Assembly: GCA_964199315.1 (NCBI GenBank)
Contig: OZ116712.1
Location: forward strand, 20,832,001 to 20,896,000
Length of the DNA: 64,000 bases
Direction of reading: 5' to 3'
DNA from: Orbicella franksi
Taxonomy: Eukaryota
Both the position numbers and the translations under genes were made by a program. Below, piece by piece: positions 25,801 through 37,908 of the stretch. The notes beneath the pieces were generated by a model. The model had not been told where the DNA came from and searched no databases. It was given only the letters and a program-made list of their open reading frames with translations. How positions within the stretch are numbered: the stretch's first letter is position 1; each line of letters begins with the position of its first letter.

Positions 25801-28724
25801 TGTGATGTGCATCTATAACATATGCAGCATACCTGTATTTGCACTTGTGCCAATAAACTTACTTTATATTTTCCAGGAGTTTTCTTTGCTGGAGGTTCTT
25901 CGGGTTCCTCCTCTGAGCTGCTTCCACTCACCTCGTCTCCTGTTGACTCCTGATTCATAATATAATGTGAAATTATAAAACATCATCAGATAAGTGTTCT
26001 CTTACTCTTAAAATGAGTGGGAGAGAAGAAATGATCACTGCATTTCCGTAGTAAGCTTCAACAGAATGCTCTGTTACCTGAGGTATGAAGCAATATGCAT
26101 TGGCAGTACACTGGAAGCAGTGGATGCCATAATTATAGTGAGTTTGCATACATAGATCAGCAACAAATGTAATGATTTATAAACATGCAAGTATGAGCAT
26201 ATGGTCTGCGATATTTTCTAAGCTACATGTATAAACAATTGCATAATATTAACTCAAGCCATAGAGGACCATTTGGAGTTGCAATCACAGATTTGGACCT
26301 TTTCAGATTAGCCTTTACACTAAAGAGAAAGTTAAGCTCAACCTACTGGCAGAGATATGTCATCAGATTCCTCAGATTCTTCTTGTTGTGGGGGTACATA
26401 TGGGGCAGGAGGCAGTGGTGGTTTTGGCATTTCCATCACAGTGCCCAGTGGAAAGTTGTTCAGTTCCTCTGGGCTGTACCTGTATTATCAACAGAAAAAA
26501 AAAATCAACATCTTCTTCTGCCTTCCTTTCAAAATGTTGAAAACAAATAGAAATGAAAAATATCTTGTATGCTGAGAATCATTGAGTGATAATTCATTTG
26601 ATAAAACTTAATCTGATCCTGTAGATTAGAGAAGCAGATTGACACAGATGCTGACATGTACCTACAGTTTTCATAGCATGAAGTGCTTCATAATATTATT
26701 TTCCCTTTACCTGACTGGAATACCCTTAGCAAATTTGCAAGACTAAAGGTTAACTCACAGGCTATGACTTGCTGGCTTGATTTTCCCCATATTGGATGAA
26801 AAATTGAGAGTGTGGATAAAAATCAGCACAATTTTTAAAACTCTGTTAAGTACCACAGATTTTACAGAACGAGTTGGTTTTTACACATGTACACATAAAG
26901 CAAAAAAGAAAAATAAAACAGCCTTTAAATTGGCTTGGGTGAATGAACAAACTAAACTAGTTATCTATACACATTTCAGAATTGAACTTACTGAAAATGC
27001 ATCAAAAAGTATTGTAAGACAAGGGCTGTCTGAAGCATTTACAACTAGAATTTCACACTTCATGTTCTAACAATCTACACTGATCTGCCACACCTTTATT
27101 GTATGTTCCTAGGGAAGCAGACACTTTTAAATCAATGGCCAGCCTTAATGCTAAACAGATTTATGTATAGTCAGTTGCAGAGAGAAATTACCTTTTGAAG
27201 TATTCCTGGAATTGTCCTGGTAGAAGAGAAACAGGATATAGACTTGGTTTGGTGCATTGCTTTGGTAATCTTGTCGTCTTATTGGATGGGACATGAATTA
27301 TCTACAATGACAAAAATGTTCACGCTTATATACATGTAGATGTTCAAGGAATTACTAGACTAGTTTCACCTAGTCTACATACGTACAACCTTAAGTAAAT
27401 AATTATAATAAACTTGGCCATGTTCAAACTTGCATGTAAGAGTATGCAAGAGCAAGTTAATAAGAGTGTGAGGATAGAGATAACTTGAATGTGAAAAAGA
27501 AGGTGGCAATAATGATATTTTAAATATCTGGTTCACAGGAGGCACTTATATGAAGGGTGGCAACTAATGCAAAGGCAAGGAAATACATACATGTAGTTGA
27601 ATGGTACACTCTGTAATGAAGCAAAAACAAAGCAATAGATGAGCAATACTTAAATGTAACTGTGAAGTCTAGGTTTCTAGGGATTTACAGAAGGTTTATC
27701 TTACTTGTGTCTGCATATCAAAGTATGAACACCTCTCTTCTCTTCTCTGCTGGGCCAGTTGTGCATTAAACTCAGCTGCATCTTTGATGGCTCGCTTAAT
27801 GTAGTTTGCCACTTTCCTCGTCTCCAGTGCTTTCTAAAATGGAAGATGAAAACAAATAGTTTGAGTTCTATACTCAATGTAAACTTACATGTAGGTTGGT
27901 ATAAGAAAACAATAACCTCTCATCATGCAGGTTATTACTAATCTACAGTAGCATAGAGGCATATTCATGAGATACAATGACATGGAATTTTTCATACTAA
28001 GCTAATGACGTACCGTACATAAATGTACAGCATTACACAGGTCTAAAGGTGGAGAGTCTGAGTTTCCAAATTATAGAAATGCTTCTGTGCAACATTTATG
28101 AATTTAATTACATCAAGCTTTTCTATATCAGGATGAAACCTGTGAGGGAGCTGCATAATTTACCATCATAATATTGTCATGGTAAATTATTATGTCCATG
28201 AACATGTGACAGTCTAGACAAAGAAAAAGGACATTAGTAGCTCTTTACACTGTCAGTACCTTCTCTTCTTCTGCTTTTTGAATGAGCCTTTGACGTTCTC
28301 TGATATGAGCAACTCTAATGTACTCCTTTAAAAAAATGAGATAAACTTACATGTAAAATGTGGTTACATCGTACCAGCAATTTTCGTTCTATTATTCATT
28401 ATTGCACTGCAAATAAAAGTACAGTAACAAGAAAACAACTCACATGTGGAAATATTCCCAATCTCTCCTGTCTTTGATTTAGTCATGACAACAATAGTTT
28501 ATATTAGTATTCTAATATGTAATTTTGCAGTCTCTATTGCTTCTTCAAAGTTTCACTACAACAAACGAAATGTATAAACAAGTTTCAAAATACAATTCAT
28601 CTATAGTTGGTGATGTACAGTAATTACAACTTTCTGTTACGGCTGTTTTGTACACACGTACTTAAATATTTATTTGTTTGCCTGTTAATCAATATTGCTT
28701 TTCAGGATTTTTTTATTTTTTGTT

Positions 28725-28776
<52 letters not shown>

Positions 28777-31198
28777 CAACAACAACAAACAAACAAGAAA
28801 TAAAATTAATGGAATTGTCACTTTATATCTCACCTGATATTTTTTCGGAAAGCCATCGATCATAAGTTGACAGATATCCTCTGTCTTGTATGCCACTAAT
28901 TCTATGTGTAAGAGGCAAATGATAATAATATTAACACTAGCCACCTTCTCTGAGTTCATGAAACTTAAAGGAGAACAATTTTGGGTCACATTTGTCTATA
29001 TTGGGCAGGGCAGGGTTCAATTGAAAATTTTAACTGGAAGATCAATTTGTACAAATATGTTGATGTCACTGTCTCAATTCTGATAGGCTAAAGGCACCCA
29101 GCTAATAATTTTTATTGGTGGCACTGTTTTGTTACATCATATCTCAGGATAGCATGTAAAGAAGTGACAGGGATTTAAAACTAGTCCCTGGTACTTATGG
29201 AGAACTCTGCGTTAGTGCAAAAGTACATTGTACGTAATGCATGGGTTTTCCCATGTTTTTAATATCAGTAGTTTCACAATATGTACAATCTACATATACA
29301 CAGAAGAAGAGGATTCCAAATAGTTTACAAGAATTATTTGTATATGTACCTTGAATTTCATCTGTGATAATCCCTTTTTCTTTGACATATAGTTTCTCGT
29401 CTTCTGCTATGATATGCTTTTCCAGATCTGAACATAAAAATATCAATGACTTCACGAGAGCCATGTCACAGGGAACAATAATATTATCTTATTTTAAAAA
29501 AATCACACACAACATTCTGTACATAGCTTCTCATTCCTTCTTCTACATGTACAGCAAGGCGCAATTTGTGCATTCCAGGGGAGGGGGGGGGGTACTCCCA
29601 GAAAAATTGGGTGGGGCTGTCCCGCCTGTTTCCAGAAACCCTTACCCTATTAATTTTATGACCAAAATCTGCTATTTCCCCTACCCTGCTTATGACCAGA
29701 CCAAAAATTTGATACCCTGTGAATGGCTGTTGTGGATGGCACAGTTGCCCTAAAAATAATTTATGAAGGGCTTTTGTTGATGGTCTTATTAATAATGATG
29801 AAAAAGTAGCTCCCTCTAAAAAACATACTTAATTCAAGACTTAAGAGCAAAAACCATACCCTAGTTTATGACCAAAATGGCTAAAAACCATACTGTTTGG
29901 GGCCACCCATATCTATTTAGTACCCCCCCCCCCCCCTGGTGTGTGCATTCAACACGGTACAGTAAATTAAACCCATAAAATACTTGAAAGAGTTGGGACA
30001 AGGACATTGCAAATGAAGACCACTGAGCACTTGCCTGGATATTTCTCTTCAAGACTTTCAATTTCTAAGAACTGACAAACTTGATGTCGGAGTACATAAA
30101 ACTCTCCTGTCCGGTCAGGGGGCCATTGGTATTCAAGCATTCTCTCAGCTGAAAAGGACTCTGGACCAGTTTCTGGGGTAGAGGGCTGGGGAGCTTGTTT
30201 GTCCACTGTTTCACTCGTGAGTTTGGCATTACATGTATTTTGATCATTTGTTAAATTCTCCTGTTGCTGTTCCTCTTGTGTTTCATTTTCTGTAGAGGCT
30301 TTTGGTTCCTTTGATACTGCTGTCTTTCTCTACAAAATTAATGAAATGACTAATGAGTAAATGAACAATTATATGGCTTCCTACAAGTGCATGTATCAGT
30401 ATGCTATATTAGAAAACAGCCCTAAGAAAATACACCCGCTGATTGGTTAAGAATCATGTTTGCATAACTTGATGGAAACATAGAATTAGCATGAGCTGTT
30501 GACGCACATGCAAAGAGAATTTACATTTTGATAATCAAAGTAAACAAGCTTTTTTCCTTTTTTCGTCATGGTGTTTTCTAAAACAAATAGAAAACATGTT
30601 TTCCGTGTTTCTATTGAGTTATAGAAACACTCGTGAAAGCTTGGGAGAACTAGAAAAAGCTGTGGAAACACTTGCCTGCGACTTGTGTTCCCACAGCATT
30701 TCTTGTTCTCCCAAACTTCCACTCATGTTTCTATAACTCAATAAAAACACTGTACATGTTTTCTATTTCTTAAATGACAACAAGTGACAGGATTATGAAA
30801 GGTTATGGATGGTTTTGATAGACACAGTACGTGTATAATTTTGAATATATCTATCTTTCCTAAAATGCATATCTTTAATTATTATATCCTTCATGGCAAG
30901 AGACACATCTTCCTACAAAAAATCGAATTTAAACCCCCAAGCTTTGTTCTATTCTAAAGGCCAAAAGGCAAAATTTCTGTCACTATGGAAGCCTCTCCTC
31001 TCCTTACTGTAAATGGTAATAATTTAATATATGGTAAGCCTCAAAGCAAGACTGGATATATTATGTATTAAGTGTTAGTTGTAATCTTACTTCTAGTAAT
31101 GTAATTTTTTTAACCTTGCATTTTGCAGTGAAAGTGATGTAAGTAATGTTTTGATAATAATAAAATGTTGGGAAAAAAATAAAAAATAAAAAAATAAA

Positions 31199-31246
<48 letters not shown>

Positions 31247-31719
31247 TTTGAATCTAGAAAATTTGATCAAGACTGTATGCTTCCAACCAGATTTTTAGAC
31301 AGGTTTCTTCTACTGCAGATCGCAGAACGCGACATCCATACATACAAGTCACTAAAATTGTACACCAATATTTTTCTCGTCTTGAGACTAACTTTGTGAG
31401 CACAGTATGAGTTTTTTTTTCCTTTTTTTCAAAGTGTGTTTTGGACAAATATGTCGTGGAGTGTAACTCAGACCTGTATTTGATCGATTTAAGATTTTTT
31501 TTGGCAACCACCACCGACCCCACGACGATAAAAAAGTCGGAAGAACTTTTGAGATTTCTCTGCTTTGAGCGGTCTAGGTACTTTGCGGTAATTGATTCAC
31601 TCATGCTAAGCGCTCGTTTGTTTACACTTTGTGATTGAAAAACATCCTCAAATACAAGTTAAATTACATTTGCTGAGCTACGATACTATTTCAAGACTAA
31701 AACAAACCTTTCGTGGCAT
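19893..31719 (-). CDS. PHF10: PHD finger protein 10 (BAF45A/SAYP-like PBAF subunit) with SAY domain, double PHD and an extra C-terminal PHD, 16 exons, 558 aa
   Basis: Minus-strand exons: 31719-31708 (MPRK, least certain), 30329-30035, 29427-29350, 28901-28834, 28325-28260, 27833-27705, 27301-27192, 26479-26347, 25949-25863, 24696-24588, 24019-23907, 23366-23291, 22412-22324, 21164-21100, 20587-20478, 20029-19893. All phases are compatible, 1677 nt in total. SAY motifs: [45 protein letters not shown]. Double PHD: CGICLKG...[17 protein letters not shown]...[11 protein letters not shown]...[16 protein letters not shown]. These closely match vertebrate PHF10 as recalled. Confidence 0.92.
20733..21044. 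mobile_element. MITE, PIF/Harbinger-like, in a PHF10 intron
   Basis: Terminal inverted repeats gggacggaccattatttt ... aaaataatggcccgtctc, flanked by tga and taa. No ORF. Confidence 0.7.
21524..21886. mobile_element. MITE with (GACGGC/GTTGCC)n subterminal repeats, left end truncated
   Basis: ttaagaaaccacgacggcgacg at the left is inverted to cgttgccgtcgcggctttcttaaactccct at the right. Confidence 0.7.
22979..23192. mobile_element. Hairpin-type MITE in a PHF10 intron
   Basis: tagcaagcgtt ... aacgcttgcta ends, with an internal inverted pair cattctggccgcgcgcaaattggagc / gctccaatttgcgcgcggccagaatg. Confidence 0.8.
23695..23849. mobile_element. Tc1/mariner-like MITE, 155 bp, TA target duplication
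   Basis: ta|cagtcgaacc...ctattaaacggccacc ... ggtggccgtttaatagggg tggaactg|ta. Confidence 0.8.
24255..24530. repeat. Interspersed repeat fragment (aatcctgcaatctgattgg family)
   Basis: Related CCAAT-containing repeat segments also occur at about 50215-50510. Family recognised from recall only. Confidence 0.4.
25302..25647. mobile_element. Non-autonomous element with poly-G and poly-C ends
   Basis: A long G tract at the left and a long C tract at the right, with internal ggtacc repeats. The subterminal sequence is related to 49025-49136. Confidence 0.7.
28732..28774. repeat. (TTA)n microsatellite
   Basis: About 14 consecutive TTA/TAT units. Confidence 0.95.
29575..29939. mobile_element. Non-autonomous element with ccaggg...ccctgg termini, poly-G/C ends and an imperfect 10-bp target duplication
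   Basis: Left flank tttgtgcatt (29565-29574) and right flank tgtgtgcatt (29940-29949), 9 of 10 identical. Confidence 0.75.
30415..30775. repeat. Interspersed repeat with an internal long hairpin
   Basis: tttctattgagttatagaaacac...ttgggagaac...gctgtggaaacac is inverted to gtgttcccacagc...gttctcccaa...gtttctataactcaataaaa. Confidence 0.65.
31199..31246. repeat. (TAA)n microsatellite
   Basis: About 15 consecutive TAA units. Confidence 0.95.
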
Positions 31720-31900
31720 CCTGAAGCGAAAATGTCTTCCACGTTTTGAACAAGCAGTCACGACAAAGCGGCCATTTGCAGGCGCGGTGACCAATTCAGA
31801 CTGTACCAGTTTCCCTCGTATTCTCTGCAACGAGGCCGAAAGGACGGGCATTCGTACAAAAGATTGCCAAATTGGAATCACGTTTTAGTGCCATTCCGTT
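31720..31900 (-). promoter_or_regulatory. CpG-rich promoter region of PHF10
   Basis: CpG density rises abruptly relative to the gene body. A YY1-like GCGGCCATTT lies at about 31768 and a CCAAT at 31791-31795. Confidence 0.45.
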
Positions 31901-32028
31901 GTTTTCCTTAAAGGGAGTTACGGAGAGCAGTCGTGTATCAAGGAAATACTTAAACTAGAGGTTAATTTAGAAAATACATTCTCAGTCGTACACACGTGAA
32001 TTCTCCGGGAACTGAGGTGAACTCTGAA

Positions 32029-32790
32029 AGGGGTGGCGAATGGTCCTTCAAAAACTCTGGGTCTCGCAAAATTTTAGGCGAATTTCACGGGTCTCACAGT
32101 CTCGTTTTTGTTAGCGGTTATGTGCGTCTCGCAGTCTAGATTTTTATACGAAGCTCTCTCGGAGTCTCGACTTTTTGCAAGGTTAAGGGCTTCGAAGTTC
32201 CGATTTGTTTGTTTGTTAGAGTAAATGACGTCTTCTCGTCACTTGATATTGAAGTTCAATAAAGCAACTTTCAAATCTCCGAGAAAAAGTTAATCCTAAC
32301 TTCTGCCAAATTGTCTGAATTCCACAGAAAGCTACAAACCTTACCGCGACGTCAGTTTGGCGCCAGAAACAATTATTTTGTTCTAGGATATCCTCGGCGT
32401 AGTGTGTTATAGTCGAATTTCCAGTTCCAGCTTGTTCGCAAAGGCTGGCTAAAAGGCTAAAAGGGGAATTAAGAAGCCACACGTAACCCACGGTAGCTCA
32501 TGATGAAACCCACGAAGTCGATGAACTTATCTGTTGTCCATTGAGGGATTGTGTAAAGGCACAAGTATTTACGACAAAAGGCTCCTTTGTAAGACTTCTG
32601 TACAAGCTCATTCTCGCTCATCATGTTCTTATAGCTCTCAACTAAATCTGGGGCTCGAATTTTAAGAGTCTGAGCCCCTCGCGCTCGTATTCAAAACACT
32701 TTGAAGTTTCGGTCTCGCAATCTAAAAAGTCAATATGTCTCGGACTCGCAAAGAAAAGCGCTGGTCTCGCATTTACCATTCACCACCCCT
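32029..32790. mobile_element. 762-bp non-autonomous TIR element between PHF10 and Gsc
   Basis: TIRs aggggtggcgaatggt / accattcaccacccct (15 of 16 match). TCTGAA flanks both sides directly. About 7 subterminal GTCTCG motifs. Confidence 0.75.
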
Positions 32791-35700
32791 TCTGAATTCA
32801 GCTGTATACGTCTGAATTCATCTGAAAATAGTTTGAGTTGAACCAAGACATGACTGTCTAAAGGAACCTGACTTTTTACGGCGTTTTACATTTGTATAAC
32901 TGCATAAAATGGTTTCATGAATAACTAAAATCACAATTTCTATGGTGAACAGTTGTCGACCCCCCACAACAGCTTGAATCAAATGACCTCCTCGAGAGAA
33001 ATAATCTCTTAACTCTTCAAGCAAACATTACAAACAATCACTTTGTCGCTCGTAGAAAGAAAACAAAGTAAATGCTGCAATGTGAGCCCAACAAATACGG
33101 AAAGATTACCTCTTACAAATCATCGAAACTAATTATAATAAACAAGCAATAAGCAGTTTGTTTATCCAGAAAAAAATTCTGTTTGCCAAGAGCTAAAGCA
33201 TTCTAGATTTCGTTTCAGTGTCCAGCTATTCTGGGCCAACAAACATAAGCAATCAATTCTAAAAACTCCCGGAGCGCCCTTAATTTTTACCCACGCGACG
33301 TTTTTCCAGCTCCGTCGCTCTCTGCTCTTTTGTTGTCCGTTCTGGTCTTTACCATTTATACGTCCAAAGAAAGCTGTTGGATTATTGTTTCCTTTTATTG
33401 TATTTCGGTAGACGAGAGAGAGACAATGTTTTGACCGACTCTTGGCCAAGCTTGAAAAGTTCATGATCCCTCATCAGTGTCGTTCAATATCATTTATGAG
33501 AATTTAGTGGTACCTCTGAGAAATGCAGTAACTCCCAGTTGATGGTTATCGTTATTCTCTTTACCGGAAGACAAGACAATGCATTGGCACTGTAAGAGGA
33601 TATTAAATCTTGATCACACTATGAAGCCCGAAGTCTTAATTTGATTATAAATAGGCACAGCGTTAGATTTCAACTCGAAAAATGAAGGGTTTTCAATGCA
33701 GAATTGCGCAAGTTTGACCTGCAAATCAATAAGTTAGCACCTATAGCTAATTGAGACATGCAGAACCAACGATTGCACTTGAATATGATCATTTTCATAA
33801 CATAAGGAGACCATGTGATTTTACACAGTGTTTTCACGCACGAGTCCTAAAAGCTCACACACACCACGCCTTACACAAGTGGCGGTTTTTCCGCTGGGGT
33901 AGAGTTGATGACTTTATAATTATGATATTGTTTAGTATTTCCTCTATAGTTGCAGCTCCTTTGGTGTGTACTGATTGAAAAGCAACAGAAACAACTTTTA
34001 ACGCTAAACCAGTATGCCCCAAAATATCAACACCAACCCGGATGGAAGTAAGAAAGCTCACTTCTTAGCGGAAATTTCTCCTATAAGCAGTTTATAAAGA
34101 AAGCCCAGAGGTTGCTGGTCAATAGAATTTATTTCCTATTGATAAGAATTTGTGACCAGAATTTCTCTCTTTGTTAAAAGCTCGTTTTAGGCAATTAGGT
34201 TAAAAATGCGGTGTGGCCATAAATTTTTGTTTTAAACAAACCTAAGAAGACTTTGAACGAAACCATGTTCAAAAATAGATCAGTGTAACCTTTTCTAACT
34301 TTACTATAGAATTATTGCTTCGGTCTCGTCCCCGATTATGGCTCCTGTTCACACCCAAGGCACCAAAGCTTCCGCGTTTAAATGAAAAGGTTGTTTTCTT
34401 GTACTGATGTAAAAATAACTTTTGTCGCCATTCGCAGATAACCTGTCACTGCCCTCCCAGCCTGTTATAACACGATTACTAATCTGTTATCTACCGCTCA
34501 TGGGGTTAACACCGATCGCACGCGAGAGGTGGTGGGAGGTCGCGGAGGTTTCAAAGAGTTTCACAACTTGTTTGAACTCTCTTGACAAGGGAACACTTTG
34601 TGGCAAGATCTTGTAAAATATTTCTCTTCCTGAGGGTTTAAGCTTACTTTAAAACTTGTTTAAGTACCAGGTCTTTGACTTAGTGAAGTTCTATCTCGAT
34701 TATGAAAGCATGAAAGTAAAGCTAGCTTTGTTGTATGGCGTGTAGCACGGCTGCTTTTTGCAGAATGATCTTCTAGGATCTTCTTTAGATTACACCGGCT
34801 ACATTGCGTTTAGTCAAGCGGACAAAATTACAATGGCAATTCAGCGAACACAGCACAGACTGCAGAAGAAATCAGCATTTCCCATTTTCTACTTTTCTCA
34901 AGCTATTTGGATCATATCTTTAAGAAATAACACTGCTACTAGTTAAGATGCCTCTGCAGTCTCTCGTTGTCTAGGACTGATAAACAAGACTGCCTGATGA
35001 ACCATCGCTGTCTGATGCGCATGTAGATATCGTTGATTTATTATTGAGCAGATCAGTGTTTGCGGAATACAAAGCTAAAATAACAGAGGCTTGGATCTAA
35101 AGTCGAATGGATCATCAAAAATAACAACCCGATCGAGGATCTTACTTAATGGCGAGATCATGTAGTTAGATCTTAAACACGGCAACGCGAAATGGCAAGG
35201 AGTGTCATAAGCTATATGGCATTATATTGTCTTGTGACTGATCAGCACAGGATCTTTTGTTCTGTCTGCTTTAGTTTTACCTTTGAACCTTCCTATTTTG
35301 TCATTCTGCAGGTTGGAACTCCATCAAATTGACTGAGTCAAGGCAATGTAAACCATAGGTACATATATTTTTACAATGTACCTAAGTATACATGCATTTA
35401 CATGTACACACATTCGTACGACACCACTCAAAAGAACAGTGTGAAGCCGCTCACGGGGGTGTTACAGTTTTCTTTCCGCTATACTTTGTGGTTTTTCACT
35501 TGCAGGCTGCCAGACTACAAAACTAAGGTGCTTTATCTCTTGTTCTAATAGTTCTAACCCAGAAATAAAATATTATAGCCGCATGTAATCTTTCTTTTGT
35601 TAGTCCTTTTCGATCAAGACCACAGTGTTTTAGTGACACGATAACCACAGAAAGGTGTTAACCAAAAAAATTTAATAAGCGGAACCCATGTTTTCTCGGA

Positions 35701-37399
35701 TGTCTTTCATCGTGCTGTGACAAGTTCGACTCTATAGATCGTAACGTTATATGTAGTGTTCTGCATTGTTTAAATATATCGGAAGCAGATTGAAAAAAGT
35801 AAAAAGAAGAAAAAGGGTACATGAGTCTAGCTTGGCGAGAGTTTATAGATAGATAAGATCAGACATTTTATGCCGTTTAACGCCGGAAAGACGGTTTGAT
35901 TTGCTGCAGGTTCTTGCACGATTCGCTCACTAAACTGGCGACTCTTCCAATATACGGTTCCTTACTGATTTAAGTGTCATCCCACGAGAGCTTTTGTTAT
36001 TATTTTCACAGAAAAAAACACCATTTAAAACGATGCAAACCACGTGAAGAAAGAGTCAGCAATTTCTTACGAATGGCAAGCTCACCAAAAGCGAAAACCT
36101 ATTTTCAGGTGAACAGTTCAGTTCACCTTCGTTGACTCATATTATGGAAATAAGAACTCTCATCACAACTCGACAAGACTAACTTGAATTGGGAATGAAC
36201 TGAGAAAAGACGCCGAAGAAAGAGCGAATTTATCTCATACCAGTTTTTCGCCATATTTCCATAACTAGAGCTGTTCTGCCCTACCGGATTACTGCTCCAA
36301 AGGTGAATGTCTGGCGGGGCAAACGCGTGCTGTAAGCCGCTTGGAACTGCACTGAAATAAAACGATTACAACGTTGTTGCTCGAAAAATTTAGTCGAAAA
36401 AAATTGTTAACACGAAACGTGGAAAAATTGAAAAATAGAAAAGGCTAGCAGGTCTCAGCACAGAATCGAAAGGATCGGAAAACAAATTAAAGATTAGGAA
36501 ATAGAGTAAACCAACAAAGCCCAAAAACAATGTTCATTAACTCCAGGTAAACAGGTCCAAGCAAACATACCCCCTTAAAGAGTCAAGAAATTAGAAACAC
36601 AAAACAACTTTATTAAACTAACACAACGCATTTGAGTTCCCCCACGTTGAAGTACAACAGAACTTTTAGATTTTAATAAAAAGCCGTCATTTATTAACAA
36701 GGAAACTTATACGCCTCAATGGTAAGGTAATTTTGTTTCATGAAGTCTCTAATTAAAGTTTGCATAGATTTTTCAATAACAACATTTGGATGTTAGGAAA
36801 AAGTTGATTTTCGGAACGTACAGTTCCTAAAGTAACTAAAGTACCGGAGACAGAATCAAGACAAAAGTAATTAAAGCGATAATTAAGTAATTACACGCCA
36901 ATTCAGTTCTCTCACACAGTTTGCAGATTAGACTGAAGTTTTACCGCCAAAGGAAAGCAAATCTCAAGCAAAGGTGTCAAAACAGCGAACTTCGATAATG
37001 TGTTCAAGAACTCCGTTAATTTCGCGCCTAAAATAAAAGCCTCTAGGCTAGAAAATAGCCTCAACTCAATATATAAACAGTTGTAATTCGTTTGTTGTAA
37101 ATGCGAGCGTGTGAAAGTTTGTTTGAAGAAAAGTAAAAAACATAAGGTGTTGAGGCAGCGTAAACTTGTATGGGAGTCCATTTGTGGAATGTAACTCAAC
37201 TCCTCTAGAGGTTGGCTGATAGTTTCATGAGAGTTTGCTGACACGTTTCTCGCAAGATTATCCGTGTATACATTTCAGCTGTCACTCCGTGGTCCTTATA
37301 CTTCAAGAGAATGTTTATCTAGAACAAAAGAGTTCAACTAAGGGTTACGTTCTGTGGTAGACATATTCTTAGCTATAAGTGAAGTGTGATGCTTGTTTC

Positions 37400-37908
37400 A
37401 TAGCCGGAAAAAAATAAAGGATTAATGCGTACTCACACCCGTGCTGCACTAACCTCTAAATCGTTGGGGCGGGGCTTAAAGTGATAGATCTGTCAATCAC
37501 TCTACCGATGCCTGCACGATTTGCGAATTACCCTTTCGCCAATTACTAAAAAGACGCTGTCAGTAAAGACCACAATTTCAAGCTAATTGACTCGGCTCCC
37601 TGTGTTATTTTAATCAAATTTCAATTACCAATCTGCCCTGTGATTGGTGGATTTCCGACGAGCTGTCCCCGGCCGCGGAGAGGCTGTTCGATTTAAACAA
37701 ACACCTCTTATGACGTAACGAATTAACACTGTAAGTAATTCGTAAATCCTTTTTGGATACAAAGCGGCTCGCAGATTGGGTCTATTAGTCAGTCAGTGTG
37801 ATTCGGTGACCCCGAGCGAGCGTACTTCTTCCGGCCGGTTGTTGAACAGTGTTTAAAAACACAGTGCTTAAGGATTTTTGGTTAGATTTAATTTCGGGTC
37901 AAGGGATT
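37400..37908 (+). promoter_or_regulatory. Goosecoid proximal promoter
   Basis: GC box GGGGCGGGGC at 37466-37475. CCAAT/ATTGG boxes at 37539, 37628, 37643 and 37775. TGACGTAA at 37711. Inr-like TCAGTCAGT at about 37789. The region is CpG-rich and directly upstream of the ATG. Confidence 0.6.
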
